Notes under the pieces: generated by a model
What the model was told of the DNA's origin: nothing
Database searches by the model: none
What the model saw: only the letters and a program-made list of their open reading frames with translations
Position numbers and translations under genes: made by a program
Part shown: piece after piece, positions 42,470 through 58,232 of the stretch
Position numbering within the stretch: position 1 is the first letter of the stretch
Layout: every line of letters begins with the position of its first letter
Source: Octopus sinensis
Taxonomy: Eukaryota
DNA length: 64,000 bases
Assembly (NCBI RefSeq): GCF_006345805.1
Contig: NC_043012.1
Location: forward strand, 9,982,001-10,046,000
Reading direction: 5' to 3'

Positions 42470-43611
42470 TGAATATACATAATAATATATTCATATATAT
42501 ATATATATACATATATAAATATACACATATATATATTCATATTATATATATATATATGTAATACATACATAATATATGTATATGTATATGTATGTGTATA
42601 TATATATATAAATTATATATATGTAATGTTGATATATTTTATATATAAATATATGTATATATATACATATATAAATATACACATATATATATATATATCT
42701 ATATATTTCATATATATAATATATAATATATATATTATATATATATATACATACATACATATATACAACACACTCAGACACACACACACACACACAACAC
42801 ACACACACACATATATATATATATTCAGAAATACTATTCAGAAATGAGCAGTCAGGATTTGGAAAAGATTATATTACTGCTTGTTTTTGAAACGTGTGGC
42901 TGAGCATCACGTCTGGGAGAAAATATTACGTCTGTTGGCAAGGGAAACGGTATATGATTATAAATATATTTATTTCAGTAATAGAGAATCTGAGTTGGGT
43001 GCTTTACAAAATCTAGAATCGTGTTCATAACCAACGTCCACAGGTGAAATAGTCTCATTGAAAGAAAATAATAAAGCAACGAATATAAGTTTAATTCTTT
43101 GGTTGTCATCCGGAAATATTTAATGATGTTCCTCATATTTTTTAAAGTAATGACGTAATTATTCAACCGTGAATTATTCAACATACAACAATAAACCTAC
43201 TTTGACTTTAACACACACACACACATACACAGAGATAAAAACACACATACACAAAGACACAGAGAGACAGATAGACAGATACACACAAACAAGCACACGC
43301 ATACATAGTATTATTAAACTACAAACACAAATAGATATGTATATACATACATAATTATTTATCCGCGTTTAAACGTGGATGTTCTATTAGAACACAATAT
43401 AATGCGGCTTTTTACTATGAGAGAACCTCAAACCAAACTACAATCAAAAGCTTTGCAAAACTGCCCATCTCTAGAAATCCGTTTATCCGATATGCCTTGA
43501 ACTTTTATCATATATTATGCAATAATTTATCTACTCTCAGCAGTAGTGACCAAAGAATGGTCTCGCATTTTATTTCTTGCTTATTTGTAACTTATATCCT
43601 TTTATTCTTTT

Positions 43612-43955
43612 ATTTTTTACTTGTTTCAATCATTTGACTGCGGCCATGCTGGAGCACCGTCTTTAGTCGAATCAAATCGACACCAAGACTTATCCTTTGT
43701 AAGCCTAGTACTTATTCTATCGCTGTCTTTTGCCGAACCGCTAAGTGACGAGGACCTAAACACACCAGCATCGGTTGTCAAGCGATGGTGGGGGACAAAC
43801 GCAGACATACATACGTATATACGACGGGCTTCTTTCAGTTTCCGTCAACCAAATCCACTCACAAGCCTTTGGTCGGCCCGAGGCTATAGTAGAAGATACT
43901 TGCCCAAGGTACCATGCTGCGCCTAGTTATGGCCCACGGTGCCACTCCTGCCCCT
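43612..43955 (-). mobile_element. SINE family C
   Basis: Matches the family C consensus seen elsewhere in the window. Confidence 0.85.
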
Positions 43956-44229
43956 AGTTATTTTAGTTATTTATTTCAATACCTATGATTGTCGTTGTTT
44001 GTCTTTTTATAATATTCTGAATTTTTATTTTATATATATTTTGAGTGCACAAATAAAGTGCTTTTCTCTGTGCCTTCGGTATTTACAGTGTCTACTTTCA
44101 ATGTTATATATTTCATAGACATAAAAAGTACTCTACACAATATATGTGTAATTCTCGATAGTGTCATATGTTGTACGGTTTGTATGTGTCTTAGTTCTCG
44201 TACTCTCTGCAATATATTTGTAGCCCATA

Positions 44230-44462
44230 AGGCGACGAGGTGGCAGAAACGTTATCACGCCGGGCTAAATGCGTAGCCGTATTTCGTCTGCCGTTACGTT
44301 CTGGGTTCAAATTCCACCGAGGTCGACTTTGCCTTTCATCCTTTCGGGGTCGATAAATTAAGATACCAGTTACGCACTGGGGGTCGATGTAAACGACTTA
44401 ATCCGTTTGTCTGTCCTTGTTTGTCCCCTCTGTGTTTAGCCCCTTGTGGGTAGTAAAGAAAT
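44230..44462 (+). mobile_element. SINE family B
   Basis: Near-identical to 29799-30028 and 63643-63878. Confidence 0.9.
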
Positions 44463-44718
44463 ATATATTTGTAGTCCATTATAGTGTCATGTTCTGCATA
44501 ATCCGAATCTTCGCTAGTCCTGGCTTTGGTTATGGATCTCTCACTATGTGTTTTTCATACTTTGATGTCATTTATTAGACTGTCTCTAATGTGCAGCATT
44601 CCCGTTGCTATTCCTCTTCACCATATACTTGCCTATATTGTTTCTGGCATGAATATAAATTGATAGGCTCTTTGTCAATGAAGGAAACACAAAACTTTTT
44701 AAATATCCATACATGCAT

Positions 44719-45127
44719 AGGCGCAGGAGTGGCTGTGTGGTAAGTAGCTTATTTACCAGCCACATGGTTCCAGGTTCAGTCCCACTACGTGGCACCTTGG
44801 GCAAGTGTTTTCTACTATAGCCTCGGGCCGACCAAAGCCTTGTGAGTGGATTTGGTAGACGGAAACTGAAAGAAGCCCGTCGTATATATGTATATATATA
44901 TATATGTGCGTGTGTGTGTTTGTGTGTCTGTGTTTGTCCCCCCCCAACATCGCTTGACAACCGATGCTGGTGTGTTTATGTCCCCGTTACTTAGCGGTTC
45001 GGCAAAAGAGACCGATAGAATAAGTACTGGGCTTACAAAAGAATAAGTCCCGGGGTCGAGTTGCTCGAATAAAGGCGGTGCTCCAGCATGGCCGCAGTCA
45101 AATGACTGAAACAAGTAAAAGAGTAAA
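44719..45127 (+). mobile_element. SINE family C, full length
   Basis: tRNA-like head ggcgcaggagtggctgtgtggtaagtagc..ggttcagtccc, internal (TA)/(TG) tract and tail ggcggtgctccagcatggccgcagtcaaatgactgaaacaagtaaaagag. Confidence 0.9.
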
Positions 45128-46554
45128 ATAGTAAAGAGTATAGTATGTTACAGAACCGGAGACACCATTGAAGATTGACTCTATCGGAGGTAAAATGAGC
45201 AATATGGGAAAATAACAAAACGAAATCATCATTTTCAGAAATGTTATAGTGATATCAGTATTTGTCTTAGCTTTATTAACCAAAAGGAAGTTTTTGACTT
45301 CGGTTGACTCTCGTAAAAGAAAATAACATGAGTAAGCTATGCTGCAAATATTAGTGTCTCTGGGCCTGTCGATCACATTGAGGGTCTGCCAATGAGATTA
45401 ATAACATATTAATGTCTTGTACAAATGAAAGGATATCCATTAGACACTCAAAATACCTTATGGACAAAATATTGTGATGCAGTCGTAATGGGGGCTGCAT
45501 TTGGTTTTTGTCGTACATTCATAAATCAGTAACTCTGTGAATTTTGTTCGAAAATAATGTACGTTGGTAAGCACCTTAACATGTAACATTAGTTTCTATT
45601 ATTAACAAAGGAACGTAGGCCTACAGCAATGCATCTGGAAAGATATAAGCCTTAACTTTCAATCTAGCGGCCATTTTTACGTGTTGCACCTTCTGGAATT
45701 GAGTATTTAGTATGTAGTAGAGCAGAAATGCACGTTATCCTTATCTCCGGGCAAAAATTTCTGTCATCCTATGATGATTACTTTATATGTGTAGAGTCGT
45801 TTGAGAAGAGACACGAAACAGGCAAATTAAAATTTTACTTTTTGTGAGGGTAATTGTTTTAATGGCTACATTAAACACATTTCCTAACGGAGAAAATATT
45901 CAGTAAAGGAACGGTTCAAACGACAAGATCAATAAATACAGAAAGATAGTGTATACACGATATGGATTATCAAGCTCTATAAAGCCCAAAAATTGTCTAA
46001 GCCAGCCAGCATCAGCCATTATTTCGTGTTACCTGGAAGCGCTTCTGTCGTGTTTTGCAAGAATTATAGTCGAATATGCACCCATGATAAACAACGTCAC
46101 ATCATGTTCCAACGCCTGATCAATTATCAAGATGGTGACGAATGTATCAAGCAAATACGAAGGCAACAAGAAGCGAAGTGAAGATTAAAAGAGAAATAAT
46201 GAGAAAATAAACAACACCAAAGGAATATGTTCATAGCATAACAATTTCTGTAAAATTAATTATTCAAAATTCTTCACTCGATGATCAATAAATAGAACCA
46301 AAACACAATTACAAATGCATAATATTCGATAGAAGGCCAATTCTTATCTGATTGATTTATTGTTTGTCTGATGTTATTATGATTTATTCTAAACAGTAAT
46401 TATCTTCATTCCGTCTTATTTCATAAAAATATAAACTTAATATTGTTTTGCGGGTATATTATTTCTTATATGCAATTATTACAAGGCCAAAGAGACGAAC
46501 GTATTTATTAGCATCAACAACCACAGAGCATCTCGCCGTCTATCCGGGAAAAAT

Positions 46555-47002
46555 GTATGGATATACATATACATATACATACATACATACATATATATAT
46601 ATATATAATATATATATATATATACATCATACTACATATATATATATACATACATACATATATCTATATATATATATATATATATACATACATCATATGT
46701 ATATATATATATTATATAATATATATATATATATAATATATACACATATGTATATACATATGTATATATATATATAAATATATATATAAATAATATTATA
46801 TATATTACATACATACATCTATCTATATATATAATATATATACATACAATATCTATATATATATATATATGCATACATACATATGTATATATATATATAA
46901 TATATATAATATTATATATATATACTCATATGTATATACATATGTATATATATATATATATATATAAATCTATATATATATATATATATATAATATATAA
47001 AT

Positions 47003-47095
<93 letters not shown>

Positions 47096-47270
47096 ATACT
47101 ATATATATATATATATAACTATATATAGATATAATATATATATAATATTATAAATATATATATAATATATACATATATAGAGAGAGAGAGAGAGAGAGAT
47201 GTGTCAGCGTGTGTATATATGTATATATTATATGTATATATGTACGTACGTACGAATGTGTGTGTGTGTT
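46555..47270. repeat. Long degenerate (TA)n microsatellite block, one of dozens in the window
   Basis: Directly visible. Confidence 0.95.
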
Positions 47271-47559
47271 TCTTACTATCGACTGAAACAGTAATGAAAT
47301 ATTTCTTAATGAGAGTTTTGGTTCCAAACAAATACACTTGTTTTGTTTTCACAAGCTTTCCATAAATTCCCAGGCTTGTGTCTATCACAATGCATATATG
47401 TTTACTTACTGATGAATACGCAAACATGTATATGTAAGTAGTATTTTGATGGTATGTATATAATTATGGATTACCGTAATATTAGAAAAGTTATTTTACG
47501 AGATACAGAGTATTTGCATACATGGATGGAGACATACATTCGTGTGAATATGAATATAC

Positions 47560-47598
<39 letters not shown>

Positions 47599-47639
47599 CA
47601 TATATATATATATATAGGTTATGAGAGGTAATGGTGTAA

Positions 47640-49380
47640 GAAGACCCAAAGGTGTCAGGTAATGGTGAGTAAATGCTATGGACAGACTATAGCTAAGCTC
47701 CGTTTTCGGTGATTATGCAAATGAGGAGCCCAACGATGGTCATATATTAGCATGCGTATATATAAAAAAATAACAGAATGAGATAAAAATGCAAGCTTGT
47801 GAAATATTTCAGAACATTTATAAAGAGGTCTTACAGCTGGTTCCGGGATATTGTATGTGAGAAAATGGTTAAGCAATAGTTATTCTAGATAAGATATGAA
47901 ATAGAGAGTAAAGTGGAGGAATGAAAATAGACGTGAGATATGCAGGGATGCTGTATCTCAGTTCCATTATTTAGCAGAATGGTATACATAAAATATTCTT
48001 ATACCTTGTGTGTATGTTCCAATAGCATTTAAAATTGGTGATTCGAAGCATAGAGTTTGCAAACGCTGTTACAGAATCGAGGGTTTTTTGTAGTAACTTA
48101 AAAGTTGGGAATGTGTTTGTAAGGTCAAATCAAATACAGGAAGAGAGGAAAAAAGAAAAAGAAAAAAAGAAAAAAGAAAAGCGGGGAGAGAGATAATAAA
48201 GAAATGAAGAGAGGGAAAGTGTACTGGTTACTGGTCAGTCAGGATAAATTGATTGAAGGAATGAGAGGGTGAGGGTGATAGAGAGAGAAATATCTGAGTG
48301 TGTAAAGAGATGAGAGAGTAAAGAGTAAAGGGTTGTCAGGTATGTAGTGATAGAGCCTAAGTGAGGGGTGGAGAGAGAGGGTAGGAGTAGTAAAATGATG
48401 GAATGAAGAATTTGGGAATATTCTTCATTATATTCTTCAAGTTAGGTTGTTTAGAGGACAGGTCAGTGCTTAGTAGTAGAAGAACATATATATTTGAAGA
48501 TGTATACACATGCATATATTAAATGTGTATATAGATATTTACACACATCAATACCTACACATACAACTCGTACTCATTTGTATATGTATATACTTGTATC
48601 TGCATGTCTTATCACCCCTGCACAGGTAGGTCTATATACTTTACATACACACATACATACACACACATGTATACACGTACGTACGCATAAATATAAAACC
48701 TACAATTAAATTATTGTGATATTCAAGTAGAAATGAGGAATTAGATTGAGGTTTGTAGATTTATAAGGTTATTGGGGTATTGTGGAAATATACTGTATGT
48801 TCATTCAGACATTTGGATTTATGGCAACATTTTAAAAAAAGCGGTGGTTGCATGTGCTTAGTACCTCATTATGTTTATTTATTTGTTTTGGAGAGTTGTG
48901 CTCTAATGTGTGAAGCGCTTCCTTCAGACAAAGCTTGCAGGTTGAGCGTTGACCTCGTTAGGGAAGCCCTGAATCCAGTATGGACCATGATAAAGCATAG
49001 GGATTATTTGTATTTTTGAGATGATGTATGTGGTTGGTGAGTGTTGTATATTTACTATGTTTATCGTATCTAAAAGAATGGAAGTGAGTGGCATATCGTT
49101 GCTTAAAATTTTTGGTTCATCCTATGTATATGGATGTAGAGTTGTGTAAAAGATTAAGAGTAGTGCATTTGTAAATTACATTATATTTTCTGCAATGGGT
49201 TTCTAAAGGGCGGGTCGTTCTAGGACGGCAGTTACAATTAGCTGAATTTTGAGGATTGTGTTCAGGAATGGAAGGGGTAATATTGTCACAGGATATCTAG
49301 AGAAAGGGGTACAAAAGTCAAGATTATTAGTTATGTTGTCCCCTTTATTGTATTCCCTAACTGTCTGGATGTTTTGCGTT
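47640..49380 (-). mobile_element. Degenerate Penelope-like element (GIY-YIG domain at ~48900-49200)
   Basis: Minus strand reads NVIYKCTT..IYIG*TKNFKQRYATHFHSFRYDKHSKYTTLTNHIHHLKN..LSWSILDSGLPY..CKLCLKE. Outer boundaries are uncertain. Confidence 0.75.
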
Positions 49381-49391
49381 CTTGTTCCATT

Positions 49392-49424
<33 letters not shown>

Positions 49425-49575
49425 TATATATATATATATAAGTATGTATATATGTGTATGTATCTGTATGTGAGTGTGTGTGTATGTGAGTGAGAATATA
49501 GTTACTGTACTCTTGTTGTTTACCACTGATTCTGTTTCATTGTCCTCACCAATAGCACTTACTGAAAACAATACA

Positions 49576-49632
<57 letters not shown>

Positions 49633-50374
49633 TATATACTCTGTTATATATATATATATACTATAAATACTGTACATTAGTATGCAAGTATACGTACTCC
49701 CACATACTTTGGCATGAGCAGAGACAATTTAAATGACAGTCCATGTCTTTTATGAAGTTTTATTTACAAATGTTGCAAAAAAATGGCATTTCGAATTATT
49801 TTACCAGAAAACAGGAAACTTTTACCTGTGTTGAGTGCTAAATGGACTGAACTTTCAAGTTGTACCTGGCGTATAGCCATGTACACTATCTAACCCCTGG
49901 CAATATCAAGTAGAATATGGTAATTGGCAACAGGCATGGTAGTAATCTTCTTACTGTGATACAGGTAATGCTGACTGTGAGACAGGTAATGTTAATATTT
50001 TCGCTAGGAATGATGCATATTTAGAGAAATTGCAATAAATCTTCACGATTATGGTAATGGTTTTGATTGTAGTGATATAACATGCTAGTAATTTTAGGAT
50101 GATGGTGATGCTGCCAATAGTTGTAGAAATGAGAGAGGTAAACATATGTAATGAATAACAAGGTAACGGCAGTAGTGGCAACAACTATGACGATGTGGAC
50201 GATGACGAAGATGATGATGAAGGTGACATGACAAAGACTACGACGATGACGACGATGATGAAGGGGATGACGAGGTTGTCTTTTGAATGATATGATAATC
50301 ATGTTTTCTGTACGACGCTGACGGTATGATCACTGCTGCCTTTGTAGTTGTAGGTAAGTTTGCGATTATTATTA

Positions 50375-50900
50375 TCATCATTTCTCTTTATCACAGATTT
50401 TGTTGGAGTTCCCCGAGTCGAACATGCGTAGCGGGTTTGCTACATGTAGCCTAGAATGCCATGCGATCCATTCTTTGCAGTTATCCATTACTCTCTTGAT
50501 TATTCTGGCCGTGTCAAGGAGGCAAACATTTTGTAACATTTCTACTGGGCACTGTATTCCAATTTCCTTTATATGCCCCTTGATGCCTTCTGATACTGTT
50601 CCCAAGGACCCAACAATAATTGGCATTATCTTCACCTTCTTTTTCCATAGCCGTACTTAAGAGGGTTGTATTTATCTATCTTTTCGCCTTCCGTTTCGAA
50701 TATTCGTGAATGAAATGGGCATGCAGTATCAACTATATAGCATATGTGGTGCATCTTGTCCACCACCACCAGATCCGGTCTGTTATTTTATAGCACCTGA
50801 TCTTTTTGGATGGGTAAATCCCAGAGGAATTATCCACTCAATGTGGTTTGTACTCATACCACGCCTTGCCTCTCTCTAGCCCGCACTTTTCGCACAGTTT
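50375..50900 (-). mobile_element. Non-LTR retrotransposon 3' fragment with restriction-like endonuclease (R4/Dong-like)
   Basis: RPDLVVVDK..CYIVDTACPF..EKIDKY and PIIVGSLGTV..LQNVCLLDTARIIKRV. The 3' end abuts a short TAA/TGA repeat. Confidence 0.8.
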
Positions 50901-51658
50901 GTCAACCAAGACTGCAGAGCTCTTACTACCCATAGGTTTGGCCTGTTCCTGTCACATTTCTGTATGTTGGGGGCCATAGTCATAATTCTCACTAGGAGAC
51001 AGGTGATCGTTAGTCGGTCCCATATTTTCATCCAAATAAACTCCGGAATTAAATTGCGATTCGCGGTTCATTCATCTTCATCCCATGTATGGAACTTTTG
51101 GATACAGACAGGTTGTCACCATTGTGACTAAGGAGCCCTATATACCACATTTTTAAATCATTGTGTATTCTCTCTCCTAGAAGACTGCCAACCAAGACTC
51201 ACAAGTTCCGTCTATCCGTTTTCGGAATGGCCATTGACTCTTCTGAGTTTCTCTGCCCTTTGGCGGGTTTTGATTTTAATCACGCAGGGTGTCAAAAATC
51301 CACCCAATCACCAGGCAGGCTTAGTGGGGTTGCCGGTTTTGTAGCCGCGGACTCGACGTTTTCACAACGCCACTTGTTAATCATTCTAAGTAATTATCAA
51401 TCTAGGTAATTATTTTCTCGACACGCTGGACATAGCATAGCTAAGATATGAAATTTATGAACAACATTTTAACAAACCTATTGTAGTCTATTAATAAAAC
51501 ATCAAATCGGATTTTTAATTACAAAGCGTCTCGTTGCTATATGAATTAGATGAAACTTGGATGGACAAGAACACGTAAGAATAACCGCAACAGATGGGGC
51601 TTATGCACTGTGGGTGAAAAGTTAATCCTCATACATTCACTGTAACTTTGAAATTGGC

Positions 51659-53153
51659 CACTGGTCAACAAAGAATTTGTCCCCCAAAAAAGAATACCAG
51701 TCATATGTTTTCGCATGCAGAATTCAAAAATAATTTTAAATTATCTGTATCACCCACAGTTTCTCTATTCTGCGATGTACACCCCAGTTCCTGTTACATG
51801 GGATGAATTTCAGTTAAGCTGTTGAAATACGAAGCTATCTGTTTCAGAAACACTCCTAAATTTAATGTTTATTATAGAATGAACCTAATGAAATAAATCT
51901 ATCTATCTGAGTCAATGAGTCACAGAAGCTTGGCAACAGTAAGTCGTTGAGTCACCGATGTTTTGTCAGTACTGTGCTTGAAGTGTAGGTGTGCGATTGT
52001 GTACTAAGTTTACATATTTCCTTTACCTTTATAATGCCAGTAAACCGTATAAACATCGCAAACGACTTATGCTACATCTGCGCTGACTGAAAGCAATTTG
52101 GTGTAACCCAGCTCACTAGGCAGACTTTTGTCGGGATAAGACAAATCGTTATGAAAAGAATGTGTGGCCGAAACGATATGTGACTGAAGAATGTCATCAA
52201 TCCTCTCCGTGTTAATTCTGAGAAAATTTATCTCCCTCCTTTGCATATTGAACTAAGGCTGATGAAGAATTTCCTCAAAGGTATGTATAGAACTGGTAAA
52301 GGGTTCACGTATGTGAAAGCTGAATTTCCAAGAGTAAGTGACCTCAAAATTAAGGAAGGTATTTTTGTTGAGCCACAGTTTAGGGAGCTGATGAAAAGCG
52401 AAAAGATTGATGAGGAACTCATTGATGTTGAAAAAGGTGCGTTGCTGTTATTAAGAAAGTTTGCAGAGAGGTCTTGGGGAGTCATAGAGCAGAGAACTAT
52501 TATGATTTTGTGAAAAAGCTACTGACGTCATACAAGTCCTTGGGATGAGGTACGAGCCTAAAACTCCATTAAAAATCGGACTTTCTTCCAGCAAATATTA
52601 AAGCCGTCAGTGACGAGCACAGCGAGAGGTACCACCAGGACATTATGAACGTGGAAACCGGGTACCAAGTAATGTGGAGCTCCTCAATGTTGGCTGATTA
52701 TTGTTGATCACTAGAAAGGGATGTTACAGAAGCTAAAAATTGTCGAAGATCATACGCCTCTGCGATTTAAAGGTAAGTTTACTTGTAGTATCAGCCTGAT
52801 TTTTGAATTCATTAAATGCAGTTGTAGAAGTCTACATGTGCTATCACAGAAAATCTATGACAGAAAAAATCTGAAAACACACTTGACTTCTGCAGATAAA
52901 ATGCTATTAAGTTCACCTCTTATTATTTATGGGACAGAATTTTTCATTAATTCTGTAGACCAAGTAGAATTATCAGCCTGTTTTCTGCATTAATATAGTA
53001 CATTTATTGCATATTTTAATTACTCTGCCACGTAAAAACCATGCCTGATAGAACAATTTTAAAATTAGATTCAAAATGTGCGTTAAAAGTACTATAATTT
53101 TACCTTTCTTTATTTCATAGGAGAGCAAAACGTTTGAATTTTGTTGACCAGTG
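51659..53153 (+). mobile_element. Chapaev3-like (CMC) DNA transposon, degenerate
   Basis: TIRs cactggtcaacaaa / tttgttgaccagtg. Transposase remnants PPLHIELRLMKNFLK..FPRVSDLKIKEGIFV and AVSDEHSERYHQDI..MLADYC. Confidence 0.75.
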
Positions 53154-53872
53154 TAATAATCAAATGCTAACATTGAAGTCTTCTGTAATTCTAGACAAGG
53201 AGGGAAATTTTTATTTCACAGGAAACAGGATTAACATGAAATTATGGTCGTACTTACGATGGATAACACCTGAGGGACAAGTGTGTGCATTGATGCAAAA
53301 CTGTTTAGAATAAACTTAATCGTTAACAATAAATTCATGCCAACGCACCTCGATGCTAATGACATAGGTAGCTTCCTAGTACATCTTAACTGTCAGGATT
53401 TTTTTTCTGAAATGCAGGTTTTTTAAGCGGACATAATCTGCTAATTTGGTCATCGGTTTTCTTTCCACGATTGCAATTTGCAAATTTACGAAAGCTATCG
53501 ACACTTTATTTTTGAAACTGTGAGCGATTGATAAACGGGTTTTTATAAGAAGCAGAAACACTTATACACTCGTAAATATGTACATACATATACGTAAGCA
53601 CATTCACATACGCAAACACTCGCACACACGCACACACATACACACATGTAGCATACATACATTTGAAATATGAACTTGTGTGTCTACATTTATTTATCTA
53701 TATACACATACATATGCATGTATAGTTATTTACTTCACTGAGGTAAGTTTCGGCTAGAATTAGTCCAGGTCGTGACTAACTTAATGGCACCATTCAGAAA
53801 ACACATTTAATGATGTTTCATCTTACAGTCATACACCATAACCCATTCGAGTGAAGAGTTATGGTTTGCAGC

Positions 53873-54258
53873 GTGGAGGCGCAATGGCCCAGTGGTTAGG
53901 GCAGCGGACTCGCGGTCATAGGATCGCGGTTTCGATTCCCAGACCGGGCGTTGTGTGTGTTTATTGAGCGAAAACACCTAAAAGCTCCACGAGGCTCCGG
54001 CAGGGGATGGTGGTGATCCCTGCTGTACTCTTTCACCATAACTCTCTCTCACTCTTACTTCCTGTTTCTGTTGTACCTGTATTTCAAGGAGCCGGCCTTG
54101 TCACTCTCTGTGTCACGTTGAATATCCCCGAGAACTACGTTAAGGGTGCACGTGCCTGTGGAGTGCTCAGCCACTTACACGTTAATTTCACGAGAAGGCT
54201 GTTCCGTTGATTCGGGTCAACCGGAACCCTCATCGTCGTAACTGACGGAGTGCCTCCA
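53873..54258 (+). mobile_element. SINE family A, full length
   Basis: tRNA-like head with A/B boxes. Matches 21703-22089. Confidence 0.9.
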
Positions 54259-54774
54259 TCCATATGGTTTGCAGCAGTATATCCGAATGTAGGGTTTTAT
54301 GTAGGAATTGTTGGAGATACTCCGTTTGAATGTTTTCAGGATGTTAAAGAGAGCAGGTGTGGTTGTGGTAAAATAGTTGCGTTAGGGTTGCGACGTGACA
54401 CGAGATAGATTTTTGTAGATGATCAACGCACGGGCCCCAAAGCTTGGGTGAATTTTCAAGTTGATTCGAATATCATTTGGGTAGTTCTGTTGGAATATAT
54501 TTCTCATCATACAAATGATGTAATGCTCACAGTGGCGTTGGTGACATAAAATTTGAGTATCTCGAGTTGATCCCAATAATTAAGAATTATGATACCGTTT
54601 CTTTTTACGTTATTTAACTCTGGGGTATTTCAGTTCTTATAATATTTCCTTTCATATAAGGAGACCATAGCGGACAACAGCATTCAAGGGGAGGGGATAG
54701 GCGGAGATGGAAAAGAGAAACTTAGAGTCACTCTCTTAAACTTTGATGTCGTTATTTATGTAAATAATGAAATA

Positions 54775-55200
54775 AGAGTGCTCAATGCAGAGTATTGTGG
54801 GACTCCTCTGATGATTCTAACTGAGCTCGATTGATCACCATCGATCACTACATGCTGGGTTCTGTTCAACAGACAGCATTCAACCCACTTTGATAATTTC
54901 CCACGGACTCCAGTGTTGGATAGTTTCTATAAATCGATGCTGTGGTCAACATTTTTAGAAGACTTTGCTGATGTCTCAGTAAATGACATCTGTATCGGAG
55001 CCCTTTCTCGGAACCTTTAATGTCGAAAAAATAAGACGGGAGCTGTGTTAGCCACTCCCTTCCATTGCGGAAAAATGATGGTGGAGAATTTGGAGCCTGT
55101 TATTTTCCAGAAAATAAGTTATTCGAGATCTCACAACTCTTTCAAATAATTTAATGATATGAGAGATCGGTCGATAATTCACTGCGAGCGATTTGTTGCC
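54775..55200 (-). mobile_element. CR1/L2-type LINE reverse transcriptase fragment
   Basis: Minus strand gatgtcatttactgagacatcagcaaagtc gives DVIY*DISKVF, resembling the DVIYLDFxKAFD RT motif. Heavily degraded. Confidence 0.6.
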
Positions 55201-55379
55201 TTACTGAGTTAAATTAATGAAAACATTGAAACGTAAATATACAACAATTATGATTCGAATATTTCAATATTAACTGGTTGAATTAGAATTCCCGCCCACT
55301 GCTTTCCTTACATTAGTTATAATAGACTAAAGCGATCTGTGTATGCTTTACAACAGTAAAATGATAAATTTTCAAATCT

Positions 55380-55650
55380 GTAGTATTTCATAAACATTTG
55401 CTCAGAGGCCTACACAAAGTTTTCAAAATGTTTTTGTAGTTCTCGACACAATCAACTGGAGCCCGAGTGTCATTTTGGTTGGCTGAAAGTAGTTTTCGCA
55501 AAAACCTGGCAGACACGCGTCTCATACGCAAATGTTTAGTGAAAATGGACTGAACCGTAACTAATCTGCACATCCTCTGATAACTCACGGATGTTTACTG
55601 GCCGATTTCCCCTCACAGCTGCGATGTTTTTCTCAGTTCTTCTGTTTTAT
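55380..55650 (-). mobile_element. Mariner transposase N-terminal fragment
   Basis: VQSIFTKHLRMRRVSARFLRKLLS resembles the mariner LGMRKVxARWVPKLL motif. Confidence 0.65.
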
Positions 55651-55994
55651 CGAAAGCGTATATTGTTGTTAAATACTGGAAATAGGAAAGAATAGTTCAT
55701 GGTCCTTGGACTCGTGATTCGTATCTTTTTGTTGTACACGTTTTGTGGCGTCCTCTGCCGACATATGCGTATATTTATTTATACGTAAATATGTACGTGT
55801 GTACATATACGTATGTATATATGCATATATATATATACATATATATATGAGTTCTACGTCTATTTGTGGTGTCCTGTACTCACGTATATATATTTATATA
55901 TGCATGTATATGTACATGTAGATGTAGGTACGTACATATATGTATGTATGTATGCATATATTTTATTTATTACTCTATATATATATATATGTGT

Positions 55995-56480
<486 letters not shown>

Positions 56481-56616
56481 CATATATATGAATACATATA
56501 TGTATGTGTATATGTATGTGTATATGTATATATATACACACACTTATACATATATGTATATATACACATATACTTATATGTGCATATATATGTATATATG
56601 TACACACACACACACA

Positions 56617-56683
<67 letters not shown>

Positions 56684-57369
56684 TATATACACATGCTTCA
56701 CGCTCACGCACACACACATACTATACACAAACACGCGCCATGGACACATGTTGCTTTGTTACCGTTATAATCGCTTTAGAAGAATGAAAAGTAGATATTG
56801 AGAAGCAATTGTCTGGAATGTCATCTGTAGAAATATGATTTCTCCTAAGAAACCTATGCATTGCTTGATATACTAGAAAAGCGAAGCGAGAAGAATGCAG
56901 TTGACGTGGAATAGTTTCGAAGCTGGTTGCAGTTTTGAAAGATATCATTCCAACTCTATTATGACGTGTATTAACATGGAATGAATAAAATCATATATTG
57001 TATGATTCGTGAATGTTCCCGTGTCAAGGTAGGATATCTGAATTACTTACTCCATCAGATATTGAAGTCTCCAGACATTTTACGTTCTCTGTTGCATTCG
57101 GTGCGAGGTTTCATATGAAAGAACCACATTAAATACTCTGATCTTGCAAGTAAGAAGAAAAACGTACACTCGCACACTTTTGATAGTAACTACTTAGGTT
57201 TCGTAGACCATCCAGTTGAAATGAATTGAAACAAACAAAGGGTTATCTCGAGTCAGGTGCATTTGTTTGTATTGGAAATGACTACGATGGAATCTAGCGT
57301 TGTCTGTTCATTGAAATTAAGGAACTTGTTGTATGAAGAACAAACATTTTTAAAAAACCATGTCAGGTT

Positions 57370-57790
57370 ACTCTTTTACTCTTCTACTTGTTTCAGTCAT
57401 TTGACTGTGGCCATGATGGAGTACCGCATTTAGTCGATCAAATCGATCCCAGGACTTATTCTTTGTAAGTCTAGTACTTATTCTATCGGTCTCTTTGCCG
57501 AACCGCCAAGTTACGGGGACGTAAACGCACCAGCATCGGTTGTCAAGCGATGCTGGGGAACAAACACAGACACATAAACATATATATACACACACACACG
57601 CACACACATATATATATGCATATATACGACAGGCTTCTTTCAGTTTCCGTCTACCAAATCCACTCACAAGGCTTTGTTCGACCCGAAGCTACAGTAGAAG
57701 ACACTTGCGCAAGGTGCCACGCAGTGAGACTGAACCCAGGACCATGTGGTTGTTATGCAAGCTACTTACTACACAGTCATTCCTACGCCT
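57370..57790 (-). mobile_element. SINE family C
   Basis: Family C consensus match. Confidence 0.85.
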
Positions 57791-58187
57791 ACGTAAAGGC
57801 AGACGAAATTCAGTTAAGCATTTCATCCGGGGCGTTAACGTTTCTGCCAGCTATCTATATAAATTAGGGAAATCGAATGCGTCAGAATAATAATAATAAT
57901 AATAACAATGATCGTAATAATAATAATAATAATAATAATAATATAATAATAATAATAATAATAATATAATAATAATAATGGTTTCAAATTTTGCCACAAT
58001 GGCAGCCATTTTGTCAAGAAGGGATGAGTCGATTACATCGTTCACAGAGTTTAACTGGTACTTAATTTAATGATCTCGAAAGGAAGAAAGGCAAAATTTG
58101 GTGGAATTAGAAGTCACAGTATTTCGCACGGCGTGGTAGAGTGATAATAATAATGATAATAACAACAACAACAACAACAACAACAAC

Positions 58188-58231
<44 letters not shown>

Positions 58232-58232
<1 letters not shown>

